Assembly: GCA_043381765.1 (NCBI GenBank)
Contig: JBHJMP010000899.1
Coordinates: forward strand, 1 to 34,329
Direction of reading: 5' to 3'
Length of the DNA stretch: 34,329 bases
Source: Collodictyon triciliatum
Lineage: Eukaryota
Shown here: positions 24,568-34,329 of the stretch, in pieces
Numbering within the stretch: position 1 is the first letter of the stretch
Layout of the letters: each line of letters starts with the position of its first letter
Translations under genes and position numbers: made by a program
Notes under the pieces: generated by a model
Databases searched by the model: none
What the model was told of the DNA's origin: nothing
What the model saw: only the letters and a program-made list of their open reading frames with translations

Positions 24568-24682
24568 TTTTCTTTTTTTCCTTTTTCTTTTTTTCCTTTT
24601 TCTTTTTTTCCTTTTTCGTTTTTCGTTTTTCGTTTTTCGTTTTTCGTTTTTCGTTTTTTTTCTTTTTTTGTCCTTTCTTTTT
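24568..24682. repeat. (TTTTTCC)/(TTTTTCG)n pyrimidine repeat ending near a CAG (possible acceptor of an upstream or 5'UTR intron of the IP3R gene)
   Basis: Visible; TTTTATCCAG at 24679-24688. Confidence 0.85.
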
Positions 24683-24886
24683 ATCCAGGTCCAAGGCCTC
24701 TCTTAATTGTATATGTCCTGATACTCAACTATTGGACTTGAACTTGCAAAGGCACTGTGTATAACAAGCCATTCATAAATAAATCAGGCTTACAATACAT
24801 GCTTATATATCATAGTCACGCCCACAAGAATAAGACCAAAGAAAAGTCTCGAAGGACAAGAAGCCAGATCGAAGTACCCTGCCAAG

Positions 24887-27800
24887 ATGCAAGACCGCAG
24901 CCTTGCGCAAAGTTCGTTCCAGTTTTCCCAACGGGACGGGTCTCAGCGGCCCTTGTTGTTTGGTGATTTGATCTCTTTGATCCCAGAGGCCGAGGCCAGT
25001 GATAAACGAAGCCTCCTCCCAAGAGACCTCCCTTCTTACCTGAGCATTGAGTATCCAGTGACTAACCCGAACGTTTCGCCGATAAGCATTTCCTTTCGCC
25101 GCGGTGTGCAGCCCAATCGCCCGGTCTCTGTTTCCTCTTTTAGGTCCTTCTCGAGCCTTTCACAAGAGAACGAAATCCGCCCCACCATCGACACTCTGCC
25201 GGAGTTCTTTCAGCAGCGCTGCGTCGTTCAGATTCTGAACGGAAACCCTCGAGGCCTCGGCCAACAAGTGCGATATGGCCAGTTGGTTCAGTTCTTCCAT
25301 CCAACAAGTCGCTCATACCTGGCCGTCTCTGCTACACAACACGACACACTTATGATTCAGGCACACGAGACCCTGTATACCTACTTCCGCCTTTTGCCTC
25401 GCTTCAAGTTGAGAGAGGAAGGCGAACCAGTTCTTGCTGATGACGTCCTGATGATTTGCCCACACCAATCTAAATTGACTCTCGGGTATTCTGTCTCTAG
25501 CACAATGGAAAAGTCTATCCCTGGAGGTCGCAAGAGCAAACAGCTATCGGAAATGATCGAAGATGGCCTTCTCCCTTCAAATGTTATCCATGTTGGCCCC
25601 ACATCGCTCAAGTACGGCTGGAAAATCCATCGATTTGCATCTTATCGTGAAGACTCGGCTTCATTTGCCAAGGTTTTTTTTAAAAATAAATAATGTTATA
25701 TAATGGTGTAATCTATTACAGGAATAGTCTGATTCGGCTTTTATTTAAAAGGATTTGTCTACATTAGTCCATTCAAGTTTAACATACGATATACCATAGG
25801 GTGGAGATGTAATCAGAGTCATGCATGTTGAATCTGAGGGGCATGTGTGTTCCAAGGAGAGAAATGCATTCCTCTTCCAGTTAGAAAGCGACAGAACTAA
25901 TGACAGACCAGATTATGAGCTGCTGGATAATATCTCGAGTGCAAGGCGTGAATATTTTGACCGGCTCGTTGCTTCCATAAAAGGTGAAAAGAATGTCCAG
26001 CAGAAGATACGGTCGTGGAGGAGCGAAATAGATGCCGTTGCATATGTGAAGAAACAGAATAGCGACGCTGGACCGAAAAGTGTTCATTCAATGTGGCAAA
26101 TAGAGTTGGAGAACCCAGATACCGGTTCCCTGTTAACGCCATCAACTCCATTTCGGTTGAGACATTACCTCTGTAATAATTCCGCCACAATTGCTCGTCT
26201 TTTTGTTTTTGAACTATGCATTTTTTTTTGTTTGTTTGTTTGTGGATCCCGGTCTCAATCGAAACATGAAACAAATATCATGAGATAATTTGCGCACATT
26301 TTGAAGAATAGAGATCTAAAGCTCCGTTTATTTTCTCTTTTTTTTTCTTTTTACGAATCACTTGTTATTTGTGGATCACAATACAGAGGCTCATTTTACA
26401 TGATACTGTAGTGGTTCATACATTTCCAATCGTCTTCATTGTCATACTTGCTTTCTGCTTTTCTTTTTTTATCTGTCGGTCTTCACTTTTCCTTTTTTTT
26501 TAAAAAAAAAAAAGTAATCGATTTATACGAGAATCATGAAGGTCCAATGTAACTGAATTTTATCTTTCCTTCTTTTTCTCACAGCTGGTAACTACTTGAG
26601 TTACGATGTCTTGTCTGTACCCTCTGACCAAGAAGGGGAGGCTCAAAATGGGGCGATGAGTGGGCTGCATCATCATTCTCATGAGAAAACATTCGTCATA
26701 CACAACGGAATCAGATGCAGCGGTTGTGATAAGTCCCCTATTGTCGGACCAAGGTATAACTGCCCCATATGCCCTGATGTCAATTTTTGTCAGACTTGTA
26801 TAGAGGAAGAATTATATAGTCCCGCGCATCCCCTTCTGAAATTTACATTCGCTGTGAAGCAAATTCCAAAAATTCGTGTTCACATTCGTGACACAGAGAG
26901 CGGCAACATTCACAATCGTAATTGCACTGGGTGTGGCATTGCAATCGTCGGCACCTTATTTCGCTGCCTGGCATACAAATGTACTGACGTGTTCTGCGAA
27001 TCTTGTGAGCCCAAGTTTCCTCCAGCGCCAGGACATGTTTACCTCTTAGACAAATTCTCAAGACCGTCACATTCTCTACCTAATCATGAGAGCCCGCTGA
27101 ATCTTGTCCAGCCACTTTCAAATTTTCACGATAACACTCGGTGCGATGGGTGCTACCGCAAGTGCTTTGAAGGTGTTCGGTATCGTTGTGCATATTGCAT
27201 TGACTTTGACTTTTGTCAAGAATGCGAAGCCACCAAAACGCACATCGAGGGGCATACATTCGTAAAGCTCCCCTACGCGGTGGATAAGAACCTTTCACCT
27301 CTGAATTTCCCCATATCCGGTTTGCCTGTCCTATCTAAGAGGCTTCCAGGTGAACCACGCTGCAGCTGTACGGTGTCTGGATGCTCTGTTTGTGGTAAGG
27401 AAATTACTGGAACTTTCTTCAAATGTCTGACTCACAATTGTGACTTTGCTATTTGCGATACATGCGAGCTACATTATCATCCTCCAGGTGATGGGCAACA
27501 AGGTCATAATGTAACACATCTGATGCTCAAAGTCCGAGATGACATTAAAGTAGCTCCTGCTGATGACCATTTCCCAGAGGGTTCATTCAGAGCTGACTTC
27601 GAAAAAGAATCCCCGTGGAATGAAGGCGACTTTACCATCCGGATGACTGAGAAGGCATCTCCTGACACCCTTTTCACATTCGTATCAGAAACGGACTGTG
27701 ATGGGCTTCTCCCATTGAATGGAAATATTCGTCTTCGTCACCACATGTCAGATAAATGGGTCACAATTCAAGACCTCGTCGGTAAAGTTCCAGCCGACCG

Positions 27801-30800
27801 AGCGGATCGCACAAAGGGTAAAGGTGACCGTAAAAGGAGCAAATACAGGATGGCATACTTGAACGTGAACCCAGAGTACAGAGAACAAGATTTGTTCACA
27901 TTCGAACTGGCAGCCCCTGATGAATTACATACGACAAACTTGGTATTGAGTCAGCTGCATCTTTTTGAAAAGTTTATATTCAAGGATGTTCCCAACCTGG
28001 AAAAGGTTTTAGCTATCGCTCCTGAGAAAATACAAACGTGGAAGAAGCAAGAAATGGACCTCGTTTTCCTTCCTTCTGAACTCATATTTAAGTATTTGAT
28101 CAACATGTGTACAGGTAACTAGGCTGACAAAACATATATTTGAATAATTATTGTATTTACTGGTATTTTATTCGTAAATTACTCAACTGTTCAGAGACAT
28201 AGTGATTTATATTATATTCATTTATATTTCTCATACAATGGCTAGCGAACCAAAGCCAACATCTCTACCATCCTGCACAAAATTGAAAGGAAGAATAAAA
28301 AAAAAAATTATATCTCTCATATTCTCCGGTGTAGATGACAAGGAAGAGGATTCTCTAAAACGAGAGGGAACTCCTTTGAAATGCCATCAGAAGTTGCTAC
28401 ATCACTGCTGGATTGTCGATGCATTGATGTATGTTTACCAAAAGGTAGAGCCCATGAAACCTAAAATCAAGGATAATCCCTATCTGAAGAAAAAAGTCCA
28501 TGAAAGTATGATTTATCTTTCTCGTTTGCTAAAGCAACTTTGCAAAGGGAATCCATCCATATCTACTTATGCAGGATTTTGGATTGGAGATATATTTTCA
28601 TACTTAGGAGATAGCAAAGGCGATGATGCTTACGGATTTGCAAAAGTTTTGAAAGAAATGTGCCTTGAAAACTCAAAATTGGCGCAATATATTGACACTT
28701 TTGAAGTATCTTCTACCTTAAAACTCCTCCACGAAAAACCATCTCACCTGTATTTGGATTTCCTGTCTAATATATGCATTGTGAACAGAAGAGTGAATGA
28801 AAAAAACCAGAGAATTGTTCGGGATGTCATGTTATCCCCTGATTCTGAATTCTCGCAATTTAGCTATTTCTTTGATTTAAAGATAATTAATGGAGTTCCG
28901 CATATATTTCCTTGTCCGGGCACCCAAATATCCTGGAATCAAACAAATTTGGTAGAGTGGGGTAGAGACCCATCCAACATCGAAAACATCCAATATTTCA
29001 CTTCGAGCCTGAGACTTCTCTCGTCAATTTGTCAGGTAGAAACCACTTTTACGATTTTTTTTTAAAAAAAAAAAGTAGAGAAAAATCAGTTAACCTTAGA
29101 CTCTACAAGTTGCAACGTCTAAAATTAAGGCGTCATTTAATTTTTGTTCTTTTATTTCTAATAGGGAGAAAACAAGGCATCCCAGAAACTCGTTCGTAAA
29201 ATTCTTAATTTGGAAACTCTTTTATGCTGTTTGGAGACAGTCGTTGACTTAGGGCTGGGGACATATCCAATTAGTATTACATACGCTTTACTTGACTGCG
29301 TTTTGCATATCCATTATATTTCACAAAACAGAAGAACACTTCCTGTAATTCGTTACATACGCCAGTATGGAAAGCAGACAATTAAGAGCAACTTACTAAA
29401 CTATTCGACAATAAAGCGAAAGAAGGATGCTGTTCAACTATTAGACTCATCCACGCATAGAATGCGCACAATTGTTGAGAAAATTCTTCGTCAGTTTCCC
29501 TCAAGATATGATAGCGCTTGCTTTGAAACAAAAGGAACACTTCCGTGCATTCTTATTGTTTCGTTAAAAATGATTATTCAGATGATTGATTATGGTGAAA
29601 TATGCGATTCTGGTAATTTGTCTTCTGAAAGAAACATCAAACTACAAGAATACCTATATGATATTTTCCAAAGTACTACGTGGGCTCGCTACATAGAGGA
29701 AGGAAAAAAACATAAGCAGAGCCCTCATCACAAGATTATTTACATGTTTGACGGTTATAATGGAATTCCCATGGTCAGTTTTCATACCTCCAACATAATA
29801 ACATACCCTATTAATTTCTTTAAAAAAAACTCGAATAATTTTACATTTAAGAATTAATTCAATCCAATTAACCTTTTTTTTTCTTTAAAAATATTCTTTT
29901 ATATTTTTATCTCTATACTGGCCGTCTACCCTTAAAATAGTGTGGAGCAAAGATGCATATTTTCCAGCTTCTTAACAAGCTCGTAGATGTTCATATGGAC
30001 TGGCAAATATCAAGGGTGATTGAAAGCAACGGAGATATGAATTTCATATGGGACAATCCATTTCCGTACTATAAATTTGACAAGTTTTTGGGCTTTATGA
30101 TGGAGCTTAGCTACTCGCCATTTCCATTACTCCGAAACGAACTCGTTCGGACGATGAATCGATTAGACCAACATCCCAAAGAACTACTCGATCACTTGAA
30201 GCAAGTGCAGATTATACCACCCGAAGAAGAAAATGCATTTATCGAGCTCAACAATTTAGTTGCTCAGCTCAAGGAAATTTTAGAAAAGAAAGACTGGGTT
30301 AGCCATGAAGATGAACTTACTTCACTACAGAACAGAATGACTGAAGTAGAAAAGCATTTGATAACATCCCAAACGTGCCTATGCTACAAACAGTACATGG
30401 TATCTCATCTGAGAATTCATGATGAGGTCATTTACCCCGTTCTCAAAACTGTCTTGAAGCTTATTGAAGACATTGATGACGATGCCACTAGCGATATGCG
30501 CTCATTGCTGTTTGAATCTAACATGGGCTCAGACGGAGACTTATCAGACTTTAGTGATATTGGTGCCGAGGTTTATGAGAGTGAAGAAGACTTCGAAGAC
30601 GAGGAAAACGATGTTGATGAAAACGAACTTGACCATCAGGAAGGCAGACTGCAAAGCCAATCCAGCATTCAAGACCCTGTTGTACTAGTTTTTGAAAAGC
30701 CTCAGCTTCTATCACACGTCAGCTCGCTATTTATCTCAGATGACCTTATTCCAGAATCCGCACTATCACCAGCCTCTATTAACGACCACGGCTCTGGAGT

Positions 30801-33800
30801 GTTTAATGACCCTTTGGCGGAATCCACAGGTGGTTTTATAATATTGAACGAAGATAAAAGTGAGTCAACCTCTCCCAACGTATTGCAAATCGAGACACCT
30901 GAAGTCGGAGATGATACTGCTTTTCAGAGCTTTAATCGGAGAATATCTCTTAAAAAAGACAACCAATCGAATCAAAACGAACAAAAACTGCGCGAGTCAC
31001 TTCTTGATAATTCATCAGATCTTTTTCAAGATGAAGTCTCAGAACTTGAGCTAAATTATTCAAATACCTTAATCAGAAAAGATTCTATGTCATTACCACA
31101 TGTTCGCTTGGCAGAAAATTCAAGAAAGAGTTTTCGTTTTAATGATTCTATCAATATTCAGAAGAGAAACAGCACATCACCAGGAGTATCATACAGAAGA
31201 AGCGAGTCTAGCTACACTAGTTCATCCATTAATGACAGCAAGAGAAGAATGTTACAAAGCATTTATGAAACATGCTTTAGAATACTTGCTCTTCAAGTGC
31301 AGAAAAATGAAAAAATCTCTCGTGTCATATTCAACCAGTATGACGTCTATGAAAGCTTCATTCGTCCTTATTCTGCTGGAGTCGTAGATTTTCTTGAAAG
31401 CTTATTGGCTGAATATTCTATGGTGCGAAATATGGATTCAAAGATCCTCTCGCATATAACAATACTAATGATAAAATCAATTACGGATGATATAAAAAAG
31501 CCACCAAGTGAACAAACCTCTGTTGGACTGCGTTATATCAAATTCCTGATGCGTGTTGCCATAGTCGACATGAAACCGTGCGATGAAAACCAAACGGTCA
31601 TTACCTCTATCGTATTCAGTTCCAATATAGAGAGCCAATTCTTCCTTCAAAATTTACTCGAGCTTCAAGTTTATGACTATAATGCAGATGAGATAACCGC
31701 GCCTGACCAAGAGAAGCTTTTCATAAGCCGCCTGGAAAATGTTGATGAGAAGATTGGATTATATCACTCTCATCTTGTCGAACTCTTATCTTCCTGTTGT
31801 TTTGGTGTTTGTGCTTCCAGTAAGAATGCTTGTATATCTAGAATACCTAAAGAAACCATAGTAAAAATTGTTTCCAACCAATCCATCTACATAAACATCA
31901 GGAAAGTATATCTGAAATTTCTCTGTAGCTTGCTGTTTGCATATGAAGCTGTTCTTGATTTTGGAGAGGATGGCGAAAGTGATGACACCAGCGATCAAAA
32001 TTTAGCCAGTGAACCCAGCTCATTCAATAACACGCTGAATGGGCAAGGGGAGTCAACCAAGATTATAGAATTTCTCAAGGCTAATCAGAGTGACTTTATG
32101 CAAATGATTCACTCTTTTAATCATTTCTTGACACAAAAATCCGACTTTGAAAACCCAACAAATGTTTCCAATGCACAAACTTCGGTATTCATATTTCACT
32201 CGATTCCATTCGCTATGAGACCTATCCACACTACGATAGATGATGCCTGGATGAGTCAATTTCCCAGAAACCCTGTATCATCGTGGTCTGAAGAAGACGT
32301 TCGTTTTTTCATCGAGGTGGCTATATTCATACGTGTTTTGGGATTCTATTTGGATGATTCTGGTCTATCAGGAATGCGACAAGCGGCAATAGAGACTAGT
32401 AAACTCCTTACTGTGACATTTTTATCTGCACCAGATGCTGAATCCTTAAGGGTTGTTCCTTTCTTTTTAAATAAGATTTTTCAGACCCTTTGGAGGGGAA
32501 AAAGGCCCGAAATTTGGCAAGATTTTGCAGATAGGCAAACTGGATTTCTGGGAAAGATTTCATTGCTTCTTAATTCAGGAAATCATAATTCTATAGAAAT
32601 GACTCCTCGAAAAACTTCCACTACTTCAACAACCGATACTATCCCTAAAGAGCTAATTGAATGGGATTCCAAAATTAAACAGGTGCAATCTTTTATCTTT
32701 GAGAGAATACTCTCTATGAATTCTGAGTCAACAGGACTATTTAATATTCTTTCAGGCCAAAATAACGTCCCAAAAAAAAGAGGCATCACTTGTGAAGATA
32801 GACTCCTTCTTGAAGAAGAAACCCCAGGCTATAATGAAGTCGAAAATCAGATCGAATTTAAAAGTATTTACTTTGGAGATGTAACCATGGAGCTGAAATC
32901 ACGCTTGTTTGCTATCATATCTAGCGTGAAAGATTTGAATGAGCCTGGTATTCTAGAATCGAACCAAGATTTCGCTTTTATCTTCAACATATGCCAGCAT
33001 CTCCAAACGACACGAGATATTGGTATCACCTGGAGTCCCTGGCTATTCCAAGTATTAACATATGTCCTTTACTGCTGCCCAACGGACGTGGAATCTGACT
33101 CTCTTATGGGGGAAAAGACTAAAAGTCCACATCAGCTTGACGGATTCTGCTTGACAGGACTTTCGACCTTAACGCAGATGCAACTATTGTATGTCAAACT
33201 TCAAATACCTGAAACGATCCTCAGTCGCTTGAAGTTTTGTCAGGGAGGATGTCCTCAGCGCTCATCAATATTCAGACTCGGCATTTATCTTCTCAAAGGA
33301 GGAAATAAAATGGTTCAGAGTAGTATCTCAGATAACATCAAACAAGACCCAAAGAATGCAGTCATAAGAAAAATTCGCAGTGGCTTTTTAGAGGCCATAG
33401 AACATCTTGGGGGTTATAGGGCAATACAAAACAAGAACGGAAAAGGAGCGGTAACTACAAGAACCCTTGTGGGAACTAGAAGAGATGAAAAACAACAAGA
33501 GATTGTCCAATTCATTACAATATCCCTACGCTTTATTCAACTTCTATGTGAAGGCCACAATCATGACATGCAAAACCTCCTACGCAACCAGCCAAAGAAA
33601 TCTGTTGACCTTATATCTGAAGTGGTTGGGTTCATATTGTTCTTTCAAGAAGACATGTGGGGTAAATTACCCAGAGGCGCGCAGGGATTAGATATTTACA
33701 CATATACTACCTTTGAAATGCTCTCCACTATTATTGATATGGAATTACTAACCCAAGGATATAGAACGATGACAGAGTTTATGCAAGGGCCTTGCCTAGA

Positions 33801-34329
33801 TAACCAGAAGGCCATATTGGATGCCAAGGCATGTGATTTTCTCGAGAAATTCCTCCGATATTTCGACCTAAGTAAAACATTCGGTTGTGGGCAAATATTG
33901 ACTCCTGTCGAATTTTCATCTAAACTGCATCTCCCCCTTTTAATGGATGAGTGGAACCTTCAATTAAATCAGCTTCAAATGAGCGTGTTGGAATTTTTGG
34001 TTGGATTGATGGAAGGTAATCACGAAAACGGAACACGCATTATTGATGAGATATGTCATATCGTCTTGATTGATAACATGACCTTTCATTTTGAACGTCA
34101 TCACGCTTTTGATAAGGAACAACACGACGTTTTCAACAAACCAAAGCTCAGTTTTACAAAGACTCAGTTAGAATCCCTCAGAATTCCTTCTATTAGGGAA
34201 AGAATGTCCCCATCGGTTCTAGTACACGTAAAGCATATTGACCTCAGTAAGCTCGAAAGTGTCGTCGAGGTCGATTTCCGATATCGCAAATTTGTATACG
34301 GTTTGTGGTCTCGAGTCCATATCATGATT
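24887..34329 (+). CDS. ITPR: Inositol 1,4,5-trisphosphate receptor-family Ca2+-release channel (ITPR/iplA-like), 3'-partial; exons 24887-25672, 25800-26172, 26585-28114, 28335-29035, 29165-29773, 29941->34329 (~2,796 aa in the window)
   Basis: Suppressor/MIR motifs VRYGQLVQFFHPTSRSYL, YFRLLPRFKLREEGEPV, WKIHRF..KGGDVIRVMHVESE, SMWQIE..FRLRHYLSGNYL, NIRLRHHMSDKWV. RIH motifs HQKLL and YLDFLSNICIVNRRVNEKNQRIV. RIH-associated motifs ILRFIQLLCEGHNHDMQNLLRNQ and TMTEFMQGPCLDNQKAI. The final exon appears open to the window edge (hence absent from the ORF track) and the transmembrane region is not reached. Confidence 0.92.
26701..27535 (+). other. Four tandem ZZ-type zinc fingers encoded within IP3R exon 3
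   Basis: HNGIRCSGC..IVGPRYNCPICPDVNFCQTC..HPL; HNRNCTGC..IVGTLFRCLAYKCTDVFCESC..GHV; HDNTRCDGC..EGVRYRCAYCIDFDFCQEC..HIEGHTF; CSVC..ITGTFFKCLTHNCDFAICDTC..HNVTHLM. Confidence 0.92.

Noticed and set aside
348-24741. Many short ORFs rich in F/L/K/Y/C (e.g. 348-619, 3135-3410, 4008-4378, 12744-13164, 18381-18756, 21529-22182, 22892-23107, 24487-24741)
   Set aside because: They are translations of microsatellites in introns or intergenic DNA
14031-33691. Antisense or alternate-frame ORFs overlapping large exons (e.g. 16640-17023, 17226-17741, 17774-18322, 25897-26274, 31100-31387)
   Set aside because: Shadows of real exons with no recognisable motifs
1-34329. CRISPR arrays, tRNA/rRNA genes, transposase or reverse-transcriptase ORFs
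   Set aside because: No repeat-spacer periodicity, cloverleaf or rRNA signatures, or such protein motifs were seen

Overview
Eukaryotic, AT-rich, intron-rich genomic DNA, probably from a protist. It uses the standard genetic code and GT-AG introns and has four N-gaps. I manually spliced five + strand genes: (1) a 10-exon kelch-repeat protein; (2) a 10-exon FGGY-family pentulose/D-ribulokinase; (3) an unrecognised low-complexity protein with a 10-nt microexon; (4) a ~1,300-aa protein with a likely N-terminal DEUBAD/ASXH domain; (5) a MED25-like Mediator subunit. A sixth gene is a very large IP3-receptor-family (ITPR/iplA-like) Ca2+-release channel that runs off the right edge. A divergent - strand gene may begin at the left edge. 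The standout observation is the IP3R-like channel: four tandem ZZ-type zinc fingers are inserted into its ligand-binding beta-trefoil, and the canonical IP3-contacting residues appear largely lost. This suggests a channel gated or regulated by a protein or peptide ligand, for example N-terminal degrons. Several introns also hold tiny A-tailed inserts flanked by direct repeats that share sequence between unrelated genes, suggesting an undescribed family of very short retroposed elements. All family assignments come from recalled motif comparison, not database searches.
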